A stretch of DNA of 64,000 nt. It comes from a virus. Positions 19,955 through 30,065 of the stretch are shown piece after piece (the stretch's first letter is position 1; every line of letters begins with the position of its first letter). Below the pieces are notes generated by a model. That model searched no databases, was not told the DNA's origin, and was given only the letters and a program-made list of their open reading frames with translations. Where the stretch lies: positions 36,077-100,076 of the IMG/VR virus record IMGVR_UViG_3300032236_001771. One strand, given 5' to 3'. Made by a program: the position numbers and the translations under genes.

Positions 19955-20373
19955 TTACAAATGAAATTGAAATTAAATGGACTCCTGAACAAATGATTGA
20001 AGTTCGTCTTAATCAACCAGATGACTTTTTAAAAGTTCGTGAAACTTTAACTCGTATTGGTGTTGCTTCTAGAAAAGATAAAGTTCTTTATCAATCATGT
20101 CATATTCTTCATAAACAAGGTCGTTATTATATTGTTCATTTTAAAGAATTATTTGCTTTGGATGGTAAAAAAGCAAATCTTTCTGAAAATGATCTTCAAA
20201 GAAGAAATAGAATTATAAGACTTTTAGCTGATTGGGGTCTTGTTGAAGTATTGGATGAAAATAAAATTCAAGATGTTGCTCCTTTAAATCAAATTAAAGT
20301 AATTTCGTATAAAGAAAAAGACGAATGGGATTTACAAACAAAATATAATATTGGAAAGAAGAAAACCGCATAA
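19951..20373 (+). CDS. regA: Translational repressor RegA
   Basis: PDDFLKVRETLTRIGVASRKDKVLYQSCHILHKQGRYYIVHFKELF is near-colinear with T4 RegA (PEDFLKIKETLTRMGIANNKDKVLYQSCHILQKKGLYYIVHFKEML). Confidence 0.9.
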   Translation: MITNEIEIKWTPEQMIEVRLNQPDDFLKVRETLTRIGVASRKDKVLYQSCHILHKQGRYYIVHFKELFALDGKKANLSENDLQRRNRIIRLLADWGLVEVLDENKIQDVAPLNQIKVISYKEKDEWDLQTKYNIGKKKTA

Positions 20374-20478
20374 AATTATCCGGTTATCCTCATTTTAATT
20401 TTTTACATTGATTGATATATAATAGTAATGTTGCCTTCGGGGACATTATTATTTTACAGACGCTTTAGGAGGTCTATT

Positions 20479-20925
20479 ATGTTTCAAACTACAACAGTAA
20501 ATTATACTGTAAATGACGTTAATAAGTTATTAAATGATGCCACAAGATTTGGCATTGGTATGGATGATTGGATTCGTCGTTTTGCTACTCAAACTGAATC
20601 TTATTCAACCTATCCTCCATATAATTATATAAAAGAAAATTTAGAAAATTTTAGATTAGAATTTGCTCTTGCTGGATATAAAAAAGAAGATATTCAAGTT
20701 TATACTGAAACAAATAAATTATTCATTGAATGTAAAAAAGCAGAAACAGATAAACCTGATGAATATATTCATAAAGGATTAGCAAAAAGGGCATTTACTT
20801 GGGTGAGAAATTTGGCTGATGATGTAGAAGTATCTGATGTGTATTTTGATAATGGTATGCTTACAATTAAATTAAGTAAAATTGTGCCAGAGCATCAAAA
20901 AAGAAAAGTTTATACTGTTAAATAA
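20479..20925 (+). CDS. hsp20: Small heat-shock protein (Hsp20/alpha-crystallin family)
   Basis: Start re-set to ATG 20479 behind RBS AGGAGG. The alpha-crystallin-like core is FRLEFALAGYKKEDIQVYTETNKLFIE...DVYFDNGMLTIKL. Confidence 0.8.
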   Translation: MFQTTTVNYTVNDVNKLLNDATRFGIGMDDWIRRFATQTESYSTYPPYNYIKENLENFRLEFALAGYKKEDIQVYTETNKLFIECKKAETDKPDEYIHKGLAKRAFTWVRNLADDVEVSDVYFDNGMLTIKLSKIVPEHQKRKVYTVK

Positions 20926-20960
20926 ATAGTTTAGGCTACCCCTTAATTATCGTTGCCGCT

Positions 20961-21000
20961 AGGAGGAAGGATGATCAATACCATCCAATTCCTCCTCTTT
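20961..21000 (+). terminator. Imperfect hairpin terminator after hsp20
   Basis: AGGAGGAAGGATG...CATCC(AA)TTCCTCCT stem with a 2-nt bulge, followed by CTTTT. CTAAATA follows at 21003-21009. Confidence 0.45.
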
Positions 21001-21032
21001 TACTAAATATTGATACGCAATAAAATATGTAA

Positions 21033-21743
21033 ATGAAAACATATAAGGATTTTAAGTTAACTTTACGATATCATAATACTCTAAATCCTAAAATCTGGGA
21101 TGATGAAAAATTAAAACCAGAAATATTAAAAAAATTACTTGAAATTGCTTATAAGTGGGCAAAGTATTCTAAAATACCAGAAAAAGCAATAAAAGATATA
21201 ATTTTGGTTGGTGGTAATGCTAATTATAATTACACTAAGTATTCTGACTTGGATTTACATTTGGTGGTTTCCCAAAAAGAAATTTCTGATTGTTCTGATT
21301 TTCTTGATGATTATCTTAGGTCAAAAAAACAACTTTGGTCACTCACACATAACATCAAAATATACGGGCATGAAGTTGAATTATATGCTCAAGATGTTTC
21401 AGCCCCTTATCCAAAAAATCAAGGAGTTTATTCCATAAAAACAAATAACTGGTTAATTAAACCCGTTAAAGCTGAAGTTAATTTTAAAAAAGATCCATTT
21501 TTAATTAAAAAAATTAAAGATATGATGGATCAAATTGATTATTTAATAACAAACAATGCTGATGAAGAAGAATTTGTTAATCTTAAAGAAAAATTAAGAA
21601 ATATGAGATCTGCAGCTATTAAGAGGGGCGGTGAGTTTTCATTTGAAAATCTTATCTTTAAGGACTTGCGTAATCGCGGATATCTTGCTAGAATGGTGGA
21701 GTACATCAAAAAATCTCAAGACGAAAAATTATCATTAAAATAA
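21033..21743 (+). CDS. Putative nucleotidyltransferase (Pol-beta superfamily fold)
   Basis: 236 aa. ILVGGNANYNYTKYSDLDLHLVV fits the minimal NTase signature G[GS]-x(9-13)-D-x-[DE]. Confidence 0.45.
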   Translation: MKTYKDFKLTLRYHNTLNPKIWDDEKLKPEILKKLLEIAYKWAKYSKIPEKAIKDIILVGGNANYNYTKYSDLDLHLVVSQKEISDCSDFLDDYLRSKKQLWSLTHNIKIYGHEVELYAQDVSAPYPKNQGVYSIKTNNWLIKPVKAEVNFKKDPFLIKKIKDMMDQIDYLITNNADEEEFVNLKEKLRNMRSAAIKRGGEFSFENLIFKDLRNRGYLARMVEYIKKSQDEKLSLK

Positions 21744-21744
21744 T

Positions 21745-22077
21745 ATGACGTTAAAAATTGCATTATTGAAATCTGGTGAAGATGTAATAGCAGACATCAA
21801 AGAAATTGTTGATGATGAAAAAAAAGCAACAGTTGCTTATATGTTTGATCATCCTTATAGTGTAAAACTTATAGAAAAAACTGAAGTGTTTCTTCAAGAA
21901 GAAACTACAAAGCAATTAGAATATGATCTTTATTTTAGTCCTTGGGCTCCTTTAAGTAAAGATAAACAATTTCCAATTCCAATGGATTGGGTGGTTACAA
22001 TTTATGAACCACACGAAGATGTTAAGTTTAGTTATGTAAAAAAAATGGAGGAACGAAATGAATCTTGTAATTCTTGA
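21745..22077 (+). CDS. Hypothetical protein
   Basis: 110 aa ORF, coupled to the upstream stop. No motif recognised. Confidence 0.45.
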   Translation: MTLKIALLKSGEDVIADIKEIVDDEKKATVAYMFDHPYSVKLIEKTEVFLQEETTKQLEYDLYFSPWAPLSKDKQFPIPMDWVVTIYEPHEDVKFSYVKKMEERNESCNS

Positions 22078-22396
22078 ATTAGTTAATGACAAATATATTA
22101 TATGTGATTTGGAGAGACTTGATGATGAACCATCATATTACTTAAAAAATCCTTATATAATTTTAGAAAATTATGCTTATCTTGAAAAAAATAAAGAATT
22201 GGAGGTTACTGATCATTATGTACTTTTGACTAAAAAAGAAGAAAGCATTGGGGTTTCATATGAGTACATTACTTTAGAAAAATATCCAAAGTTTACAAAT
22301 GATGAAGGATGTTTAATGTATACAGATAAAATTATTACGATGGTTGAACCTGAATTAAAAGTAACTGAGTTGTATGTAAAGGTAATTGGTGGGTAA
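22058..22396 (+). CDS. Hypothetical protein
   Basis: 112 aa ORF overlapping both neighbours. No motif recognised. Confidence 0.45.
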   Translation: MNLVILELVNDKYIICDLERLDDEPSYYLKNPYIILENYAYLEKNKELEVTDHYVLLTKKEESIGVSYEYITLEKYPKFTNDEGCLMYTDKIITMVEPELKVTELYVKVIGG

Positions 22397-24887
22397 AACT
22401 TTTTATACGAATGTACAAATTTTAGGAGACAGCGTTCTTTATAGAGGCTATGAAAACGGTAAACAAATAACAATTAAAGATAGTTTTTCACCTACTCTTT
22501 TTGTTAAATCAGAAACTGAAAGTAAATTCAAAACTCTTGACGGAATTAATGTAAAACCTATTAAATTTTCTGGTGTTAGAGAAGCCAAAGATTTTGTTGC
22601 AAAATATCAAGAAGTTGATAATTTTGATATTTATGGTAATGATAGATTTTTATATCAATACATATCTAAACACTTTTCAGAAGAAATTGATTATGATTTG
22701 TCTGAAATAAAACTCGTTACAATGGATATTGAAACAACATCAGAAAATGGGTTTCCAAATGTTCAAGAATGTATAGAAGAAATTCTTTGTATTACTGTAA
22801 AAGATTTTTCTACTAAAAAGATTTTAGTTTGGGGACAAAAAGAATATATTAATGCTAGGAAGGATGTACTTTATGTAAATTGTCTTGATGAAGAAACTTT
22901 ATTAAGAAAATTTCATGGATGGTGGACACAAAATACCCCAGACATTATTACTGGTTGGAACGTAAAATTTTTTGATATTCCCTATATTTGTAAACGAATT
23001 GAAAGAGTTTTAAGTACCAAATTTATGAAATCTCTTTCTCCTTGGAATAGAGTATATGAAGAAGAGTTTGTAGTTAGGGGAATGAAAAATAATTCTTATG
23101 TAATTTTTGGAGTATCTATTCTTGATTATCTTGAATTATATAAAAAATTTACTTATACTACTCAGGAATCTTATAGGCTAGATCATATTGCTTTTGTTGA
23201 ACTTGGGCAAAATAAATTAGATCACTCTGAATATGAAACGTTCAAAGAATTTTACACTAAGGGATGGCAAAAATTTGTAAATTATAATATTATTGACGTA
23301 GAACTTGTTGACCGTTTAGAAGACAAGATGAAATTGATTGAACTTTGTCTTACAATGGCTTATGATGCTAAAGTGAATTATGAAGATGTTTTTTCTCAAG
23401 TAAGAACTTGGGATTCCATCATTTATAATTATTTGCTTAAATATGATATTGTAGTTCCTCCAAATAAAAGACAAAACAAAAATTCTCAATATGAAGGTGC
23501 ATATGTAAAAGAACCAATTCCTGGTGTTTATGATTATGTTGTAAGCTTTGATTTAAATAGTCTTTATCCACATTTAATTATGGGTTATAACATTTCTCCA
23601 GAAACATTGTTAGATCAAAAGCATCCATTTGTAACTGTTGATAAAATTTTAAATCAAGAAATTGATTTTCAACCTTATAAAGATTACGCAGTTTGTGCTA
23701 ATGGTGCAATGTATCGTAAAGATATTCGTGGATTTCTTCCAGAATTGATGGAAAAAATGTATAATGATCGTGTAATTTTTAAAAAGAAAATGATTGAGGC
23801 AAAAAAAGCATATGAAAAGAAAAAATCAAAAGAATTAGAGAAAGAAATTTCTCGTTGCAATAATATTCAAATGGCCAAGAAGATTTCTCTTAATTCTGCT
23901 TATGGTGCTTGTGGAAATCAATATTTTAGGTATTTCAAACTTGCAAACGCTGAAGCAATTACTCTTTCAGGGCAAGTTGCGATTCGTTGGATTGAAAATA
24001 AAATGAATTTTTATTTAAATAAAATTCTTAAAACACATGATGTTGATTATGTTATTGCTTCTGATACAGATTCCATTTATCTCAATATGGGACCTTTAGT
24101 GGAAACTGTATACAAGGGAAGAGAAAAAACTACTGAAAACGTTGTTTCTTTCCTTGATAAGATCTGTAAAATGGAACTTGAAAAGTATATTGAAAGTTGT
24201 TACCAAGAATTGGCAGATTATGTAAATGCATATGATCAAAAAATGCAGATGAAAAGGGAAAATATTGCTGACCGTGGCATTTGGACTGCTAAAAAAAGAT
24301 ATATACTTAACGTGTGGGATAATGAGGGAGTTAGATACACTAAACCAAAACTTAAAATTATGGGTATTGAGGCAGTCAAATCTTCTACCCCATCATTCTA
24401 TAGAGATAAACTTAAAAAAAGTTTTGAAGTTATTATGAATGGTACTAATGAGGATTTGATTAAATTTATCCAAGAAGTTAGAAAAGAAACAGAAAATCAA
24501 AAACTATCTGATATCTCATCTCCTAGAACTGCTAATAATGTTTCAAAATATTATAGTAGTTCTAATATTTACATTAAAGCAACTCCTATTCAAGTTAGAG
24601 GGGCATTATTATATAATCATTATTTGAAAAAGAAAAAACTTAATAATAAATATGCAGAAATTATGGATGGAGAGAAAATTAAATTTTTATATTTAAAAAC
24701 TCCAAACATAATTAATGAAAACGTAATTGCATTTATTCAAGATTTACCAAAAGAATTTGGGCTTGACAAATACGTTGATTATGAGCTACAATTTCAAAAG
24801 GCGTTTCTAGATCCGCTTAAGTCGGTTTTAGATTGCATTGGTTGGGAAACCAAAAAACAAAATTCATTAGAAAACTTTTTTGTATAG
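22386..24887 (+). CDS. gp43: DNA polymerase gp43 (family B)
   Basis: 833 aa. Exonuclease motif MDIETT, polymerase motifs DLNSLYPH, SLNSAYG and ASDTDSIY. There is no in-frame ATG near the N-terminus, so the start must be TTG 22386 or GTG 22389. Confidence 0.92.
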   Translation: MVGKTFYTNVQILGDSVLYRGYENGKQITIKDSFSPTLFVKSETESKFKTLDGINVKPIKFSGVREAKDFVAKYQEVDNFDIYGNDRFLYQYISKHFSEEIDYDLSEIKLVTMDIETTSENGFPNVQECIEEILCITVKDFSTKKILVWGQKEYINARKDVLYVNCLDEETLLRKFHGWWTQNTPDIITGWNVKFFDIPYICKRIERVLSTKFMKSLSPWNRVYEEEFVVRGMKNNSYVIFGVSILDYLELYKKFTYTTQESYRLDHIAFVELGQNKLDHSEYETFKEFYTKGWQKFVNYNIIDVELVDRLEDKMKLIELCLTMAYDAKVNYEDVFSQVRTWDSIIYNYLLKYDIVVPPNKRQNKNSQYEGAYVKEPIPGVYDYVVSFDLNSLYPHLIMGYNISPETLLDQKHPFVTVDKILNQEIDFQPYKDYAVCANGAMYRKDIRGFLPELMEKMYNDRVIFKKKMIEAKKAYEKKKSKELEKEISRCNNIQMAKKISLNSAYGACGNQYFRYFKLANAEAITLSGQVAIRWIENKMNFYLNKILKTHDVDYVIASDTDSIYLNMGPLVETVYKGREKTTENVVSFLDKICKMELEKYIESCYQELADYVNAYDQKMQMKRENIADRGIWTAKKRYILNVWDNEGVRYTKPKLKIMGIEAVKSSTPSFYRDKLKKSFEVIMNGTNEDLIKFIQEVRKETENQKLSDISSPRTANNVSKYYSSSNIYIKATPIQVRGALLYNHYLKKKKLNNKYAEIMDGEKIKFLYLKTPNIINENVIAFIQDLPKEFGLDKYVDYELQFQKAFLDPLKSVLDCIGWETKKQNSLENFFV

Positions 24888-24894
24888 AGAATTT

Positions 24895-25893
24895 ATGACT
24901 TTTTTAAAAGACATTGTAAAAGAAATTGGTGGGGAATATACACAGCTTGCATCAGATATTGTTGAAAATGAAACTTATGTAGATACTGGTAGTTACATTT
25001 TTAATGCTCTTGTTAGTGGGAGTATCTTTGGTGGAGTATCAGGTAATAAAATTACTGCTATAGCTGGGGAAACAAGCACTGGAAAAACTTTCTTTAGTTT
25101 GGCAGTTGTCAAGAATTTTCTTGATAATAATCCTAGTGGATATTGCTTGTACTTTGATACTGAAGCTGCAATCACTAGATCCTTATTAGAAAGTAGAGGT
25201 ATTGATACAACTCGCTTAGTTATTGTCAATGTTGTAACTGTAGAAGAGTTTAGAACCAAAGCTCTTAAGGCAGTTGATTTGTATATGAAGAAACCTGAAG
25301 GAGAACGCAATCCTTGTATGTTTGTACTAGACTCTTTGGGTATGCTTTCATCAAATAAAGAGATTACTGATACTCTTAACGATAAAGAAGCTAGGGATAT
25401 GACTAAATCCCAACTTATTAAAGGAGCATTTAGGATGCTCACATTAAAACTAGGTCAGGCAAATATTCCAATGATTGTAACCAATCATACTTATGATAGT
25501 ATGAGTATGTATGAGGGTAAAAAAATGTCAGGTGGTTCTGGATTACAATATTCTTCTTCAACAATCATTTATTTGTCAAAATCTAAAGCAAAAGATGGTA
25601 CAGAAGTTGTTGGTAATATTATTAAAGCAAAGACTGTAAAATCACGTTTGAGTAAAGAAAATCAAGAAGTAGAAATTCGTCTTTATTATGATGAACGGGG
25701 TCTTGATAAGTATTATGGTCTTCTTGAACTTGGAGAACTTGGTGGAATGTGGAAGAATGTTGCTGGTAGATATGAAATGGATGGTAAAAAACTTTATGCA
25801 AAAGATATTTTTAAAAATCCAGAACAATATTTTACTGATGAAGTAATGAAAAAACTTGATGTAATTGCCAAAGGCGAATTTATGTATGGATAA
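24895..25893 (+). CDS. uvsX: UvsX recombinase (RecA-like)
   Basis: Start re-set to ATG 24895. Walker A GETSTGKT, Walker B-like CMFVLDSLG, and a RecA-like core. Confidence 0.85.
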   Translation: MTFLKDIVKEIGGEYTQLASDIVENETYVDTGSYIFNALVSGSIFGGVSGNKITAIAGETSTGKTFFSLAVVKNFLDNNPSGYCLYFDTEAAITRSLLESRGIDTTRLVIVNVVTVEEFRTKALKAVDLYMKKPEGERNPCMFVLDSLGMLSSNKEITDTLNDKEARDMTKSQLIKGAFRMLTLKLGQANIPMIVTNHTYDSMSMYEGKKMSGGSGLQYSSSTIIYLSKSKAKDGTEVVGNIIKAKTVKSRLSKENQEVEIRLYYDERGLDKYYGLLELGELGGMWKNVAGRYEMDGKKLYAKDIFKNPEQYFTDEVMKKLDVIAKGEFMYG

Positions 25894-26443
25894 AATTAAA
25901 GATCTTATTCGTGTTTATGATGATGCTTTAGAATCAAATATTTGTGAATTTCTTATTAATACCTTTGAACAAAATTCTGATAAACACGAAAGGATTGATA
26001 ATGAAAAGAAACCAAATTTTACTCAATTTAATTTAACAAAATATCATGAATTGTCTGAAGACACAATAAAAGTTCATAATTATTTGATTCAAAAAACTTT
26101 AAAATATAAAGATGATTATTATAAATTTGTTGATCCCCGAGTTTTTCCAGAACAACATGCGCTTGAACAATTTAGAATTAAAAAATATAATCCTGACGGA
26201 TTAGATCAATTTGATACACATGTTGATGTTTTAACTCATGATTCTGCAAAAAGATTTTTATCTTTTTTGTGGTATTTAAATGATGTTGATGATGGAGGAA
26301 ATACGGTATTTAAAGAAATCATTATTAAACCAAAGACTGGAACTTTAATAATATTTCCTCCCATGTGGATGTATCCTCATAAAGGAGAACCTTTAGTTAG
26401 TAATAGTAAGTATATTATGAGCACATATTTGCACTACTTATGA
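25886..26443 (+). CDS. 2OG-Fe(II) oxygenase (prolyl-4-hydroxylase-like)
   Basis: Start re-set to ATG 25886. HxD motif DTHVDV, distal His MWMYPHKGEP and GGNTVF. This gene class is common in cyanophages. Confidence 0.7.
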   Translation: MDKIKDLIRVYDDALESNICEFLINTFEQNSDKHERIDNEKKPNFTQFNLTKYHELSEDTIKVHNYLIQKTLKYKDDYYKFVDPRVFPEQHALEQFRIKKYNPDGLDQFDTHVDVLTHDSAKRFLSFLWYLNDVDDGGNTVFKEIIIKPKTGTLIIFPPMWMYPHKGEPLVSNSKYIMSTYLHYL

Positions 26444-27819
26444 CACAAAAAATTGAAAACACTATTTTATCAAATCTTATATTTAATGATGAATATACTA
26501 GAAAGGTAATCCCTTTTTTAAAAAAAGAATATTTTGATTCTATTTCTCAGAGAACAATTTTTGAAGAAATATCTAAATTTGTACAAACATATAAAAATTT
26601 ACCAACTCAAAAAATTCTTACTATTGAATTGGAAAAAAGAAAAGATTTAAATGAACAAACATTTAAAGAAATTATTTCTATAATTGATGGATTTGAAGAA
26701 ACTAAAGTAGATAAAAAATGGATTATTGATACAACTGAAAAGTGGTGTAAAGATCGGGCAATATATCTTTCTCTTTTGGAAAGTATTAAAATTGCTGATG
26801 GGAAAGATGAAGAAAAAACTAGAGATGCTATTCCAAGTATTCTTTCAGAAGCCTTATCAGTTTGTTTTGATGAGCATATTGGGCATGATTATATTTCAGA
26901 TTCCAGTAGTAGGCATGATTATTATTCTAAAAAAGAAGATAAAATTCCTTGGGATTTAGATTTATTTAATAAGATTACTAAAGGAGGAATACCAAAAAAA
27001 ACTTTAAATATTGCTCTTGGTGGAACTGGTTCTGGAAAATCTCTTTTTATGTGTCATGTTGCATCTTCAATTCTTCTTCAGGGAAAAAATGTTTTGTATA
27101 TTACTTTAGAAATGGCAGAAGAAAGAATTGCAGAAAGGATTGATGCAAATCTTTTAAATGTAAATATTAAAGATTTGGCCGATATTCCAAAACAAATTTA
27201 TGAAAATAAAATTAATATTCTTTCTAAAAAAACTCAGGGAAAACTTATTATTAAAGAATATCCAACAGGATCTGCTCATGCCGGACATTTTCGTAGTTTG
27301 TTAAATGAACTTGCTTTAAAGAAAAAGTTTTTTCCTGATATTATTTTTATTGATTATTTGAATATTTGTTCTTCTTCTAGATACAAGGGGTCTTTGGTAA
27401 ATTCTTATACATATGTTAAAGCAATTGCTGAAGAACTTAGGGGGTTGGCTGTAGAATTTGATGTTCCTATTGTGAGTGCTACACAAATGACCAGAAGTGG
27501 ATTTGGATCATCAGATCCAGATTTAACCGATACTTCAGAATCTTTTGGACTTCCTGCTACAGCAGATTTTATGTTTGCTTTAATTGCAACTGAAGAATTA
27601 GAAAGTCTTGGTCAAATTATGATAAAACAATTAAAAAATAGATACAATGATCCCACAGCCTATAAAAGATTTGTTATTGGTATTGACAGATCTAAAATGA
27701 GGTTGTATAATGTAGATGATGGTGCTCAAACAAAAATTCAAAATTCTGATAAAGAAGAAGAATATGAGTTTGAAGAACCTTCTAAAATTAATGATAAATT
27801 TGCAAATTTTAAAATCTGA
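26440..27819 (+). CDS. gp41: Replicative DNA helicase gp41 (DnaB-like)
   Basis: 459 aa. Walker A GGTGSGKS, LYITLEM, Walker B IIFIDYL and SATQMTR. Confidence 0.88.
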   Translation: MTQKIENTILSNLIFNDEYTRKVIPFLKKEYFDSISQRTIFEEISKFVQTYKNLPTQKILTIELEKRKDLNEQTFKEIISIIDGFEETKVDKKWIIDTTEKWCKDRAIYLSLLESIKIADGKDEEKTRDAIPSILSEALSVCFDEHIGHDYISDSSSRHDYYSKKEDKIPWDLDLFNKITKGGIPKKTLNIALGGTGSGKSLFMCHVASSILLQGKNVLYITLEMAEERIAERIDANLLNVNIKDLADIPKQIYENKINILSKKTQGKLIIKEYPTGSAHAGHFRSLLNELALKKKFFPDIIFIDYLNICSSSRYKGSLVNSYTYVKAIAEELRGLAVEFDVPIVSATQMTRSGFGSSDPDLTDTSESFGLPATADFMFALIATEELESLGQIMIKQLKNRYNDPTAYKRFVIGIDRSKMRLYNVDDGAQTKIQNSDKEEEYEFEEPSKINDKFANFKI

Positions 27820-27833
27820 GGTATTAAATTCTA

Positions 27834-28241
27834 ATGACAATGATTGATCCTAGTAAGTATATTGAATTTGTCCAACAAACGACAAGTCCAGCAAGTAGTG
27901 ATTTTAATTCTTTATGCACTCGTTTAAATGAACTTAATTCTCAAGGTGCTAATGTTACTCGCCTTTTGACTGCATCATTTGGTATGAGTGCTGAAGCTGG
28001 TGAATTTACCGAAATTGTAAAAAAAATGTTTTTACAAGGAAAACCATATAGTGAAGATAATGTTGAACATTTGAAAGTAGAACTTGGAGATATTATGTGG
28101 TATGCTGCTCAAGCTTGTATGGCACTTAATATTTCTTTTGAAGAAGTGTTGGAAAGAAATTATAAAAAATTAAGTGCTAGATATCCAGAGGGAACTTTTT
28201 CTGTTTATAAATCAGAAAATAGAAAAGAAGGAGATATTTAA
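27834..28241 (+). CDS. mazG: MazG-like nucleoside triphosphate pyrophosphohydrolase
   Basis: 135 aa. MSAEAGEFTEIVKK...ELGDIMWY...RNYKKLSARYP is the MazG EExE/ELGD pattern. Confidence 0.8.
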   Translation: MTMIDPSKYIEFVQQTTSPASSDFNSLCTRLNELNSQGANVTRLLTASFGMSAEAGEFTEIVKKMFLQGKPYSEDNVEHLKVELGDIMWYAAQACMALNISFEEVLERNYKKLSARYPEGTFSVYKSENRKEGDI

Positions 28242-28247
28242 TATATA

Positions 28248-28278
28248 CCCTCAGGTCAATAGATCTGGGGGTTTTCTT
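28248..28278 (+). terminator. Hairpin terminator after mazG
   Basis: CCCTCAGGTC-AATA-GATCTGGGGG stem (with G-U pairs) followed by TTTTCTT. CTAAATA follows at 28279-28285. Confidence 0.5.
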
Positions 28279-28307
28279 CTAAATATGTATAAAGACCTAT
28301 ACCAAAT

Positions 28308-30029
28308 ATGCTTAATTTTTCCAGATATATAAAATGCAATAATCAAGAAGAAATTCTTAAAGAAAAATATTTAAATAAAGATATTTTTACTGAAGGAACT
28401 ACAATTATTAGTGGAGATAAAATTGGGAAAATAATTAGAAGAGGTCCAAATTATGTAATTGCTTTAGATGAATCTAAAAAAATATTTCGTAGTTGGATTA
28501 CTGATATTAAAGAATATGTTGAGGAAAAGCCAAAACGAATAAATAAATATAGAAATTTTAGTTATTCACAAAATAATATGGATTCGGTTAAAGCCGCCAC
28601 TATTTTTATTGGAATGCTTCCAGAGCATTCTTATAGAGTACGTAGAACAGTAGAAAGAACCTTATTGGAAGGGATGAGTTATGATTCTGCAATTGGATTT
28701 CTTATTGAAGATTTGAAATCTCAATATTTGGTTGATAAAGCTGTTGAATATTATGAAGCATGTTTGGAAGAAGCTGATGATCAAATGGCAGCGGCAAAAC
28801 AACAAGCACAACAGCAAATGCTTCAAATGAAGCAAAATGCTTTGAAGCAAAGAATGCAAGCAAAACAACAGGAAACTCAGCAAAGAATGCAAAAACAAGC
28901 ATCAAAAGCTGCTTCTATGGGTGAAGAAATTGAAGATTTTGAAGAAGTTGATGAAGCTAGATTAGTAAGAAGATATAGTACATTAAATCCAAATGAAATA
29001 AGACAAAAAGCAGAACTTGGTTCGTCTTATGCTAGAAAACATCGTCGTCAAATGGGTCTTCCAGAAGAAGGTCCAAGTTTTAAAGTGAGAGATACAGCTA
29101 ACGCAAAATTAAAAAGAATGTCCCCTGAGCAACGAGCGCAATTACCAAATCAAGATAAAGTACAAAAAATAATGAATAGGGGACCTAAACTTCCAAAAAT
29201 TTCTGAAGAAGAAGAAACTCTAAGAAATACAAATCCTTGTTGGAAAGGATATAAACCAATTGGAACAAAGAAAAAGGGAGGAAGAACTGTTCCTAATTGT
29301 GTTCCTAAAGAAGAATTGCAAGGAGATCAATCAAAACTTGATGTTGCACCACCATTTAATAAATTAACTGCTGCTGATTTTAAAAAACTTCGGAGTAAAA
29401 AGAAAAATATAAAGGAACAAGAAGGTATTGGTGGTTCTGATGGTGTTAGTAGTGGTGGTGCTATGGCTAGTGCAGGACCTACTGGATCTGCTGGATCGTC
29501 AAAAAAACTTCCTACAAAAAAATCAAATTGGAGAGAAGAAATTTCTTTAAGTGATAGACTCGTTGAATCTGAAGACAAGGGAAACATTATTATCAATCCA
29601 AATTCAAATGATTGTCAAAAATGTGGAGCTAAACTAAAAGAAAATTATACTTGTCCAAATTGTGATGAAGGAACTCTTCGTACCAAATATCGTGAAGAAT
29701 CATATGAAATGATTGAACGTCATATGAGTGCGGCTGAAAAAGCAAAACGTGAAAAAATTGTTATGTCAATGAAAAAAAATCTTTCTGGTTTTAAATCTCG
29801 TTATGGTAAAAGAGCTAAAGATGTAATGTATGCCACTGCTACCAAACAAGCTTTACATAATGAAGAAATTGAAATTTCTGAAGAAGAAGCTTTGTATGGT
29901 GTTTATGATAGAGTAAAAGGAGTTTTTGTTCAAACTGGGGTTAGCTACGATACAGCTAAAGCCATTTATCAAAGGCTTCTTAAAAATGGTAGAAAATCTA
30001 GAGAATTGGCTATTAGAAGAGCCAAATAA
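28308..30029 (+). CDS. Hypothetical modular protein (Q-rich coiled coil, CxxC zinc ribbon)
   Basis: 573 aa. Contains the Q-rich run AAAKQQAQQQMLQMKQNALKQRMQAKQQETQQ, NPCWKGYKPIGTKKKGGRTVPNCVP, and CQKCGAKLKENYTCPNC. Confidence 0.55.
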   Translation: MLNFSRYIKCNNQEEILKEKYLNKDIFTEGTTIISGDKIGKIIRRGPNYVIALDESKKIFRSWITDIKEYVEEKPKRINKYRNFSYSQNNMDSVKAATIFIGMLPEHSYRVRRTVERTLLEGMSYDSAIGFLIEDLKSQYLVDKAVEYYEACLEEADDQMAAAKQQAQQQMLQMKQNALKQRMQAKQQETQQRMQKQASKAASMGEEIEDFEEVDEARLVRRYSTLNPNEIRQKAELGSSYARKHRRQMGLPEEGPSFKVRDTANAKLKRMSPEQRAQLPNQDKVQKIMNRGPKLPKISEEEETLRNTNPCWKGYKPIGTKKKGGRTVPNCVPKEELQGDQSKLDVAPPFNKLTAADFKKLRSKKKNIKEQEGIGGSDGVSSGGAMASAGPTGSAGSSKKLPTKKSNWREEISLSDRLVESEDKGNIIINPNSNDCQKCGAKLKENYTCPNCDEGTLRTKYREESYEMIERHMSAAEKAKREKIVMSMKKNLSGFKSRYGKRAKDVMYATATKQALHNEEIEISEEEALYGVYDRVKGVFVQTGVSYDTAKAIYQRLLKNGRKSRELAIRRAK

Positions 30030-30065
30030 TAAATAAAATTAAACAGAAAAAACCAGGAGAATTAA

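Noticed and set aside
20424-20478. Hairpin AATGTTGCCTTCGGGGACATT in the hsp20 leader as an RNA thermometer
   Set aside because: The stem is imperfect and does not pair with the AGGAGG Shine-Dalgarno sequence or the start codon. There is no ROSE or fourU-like arrangement.
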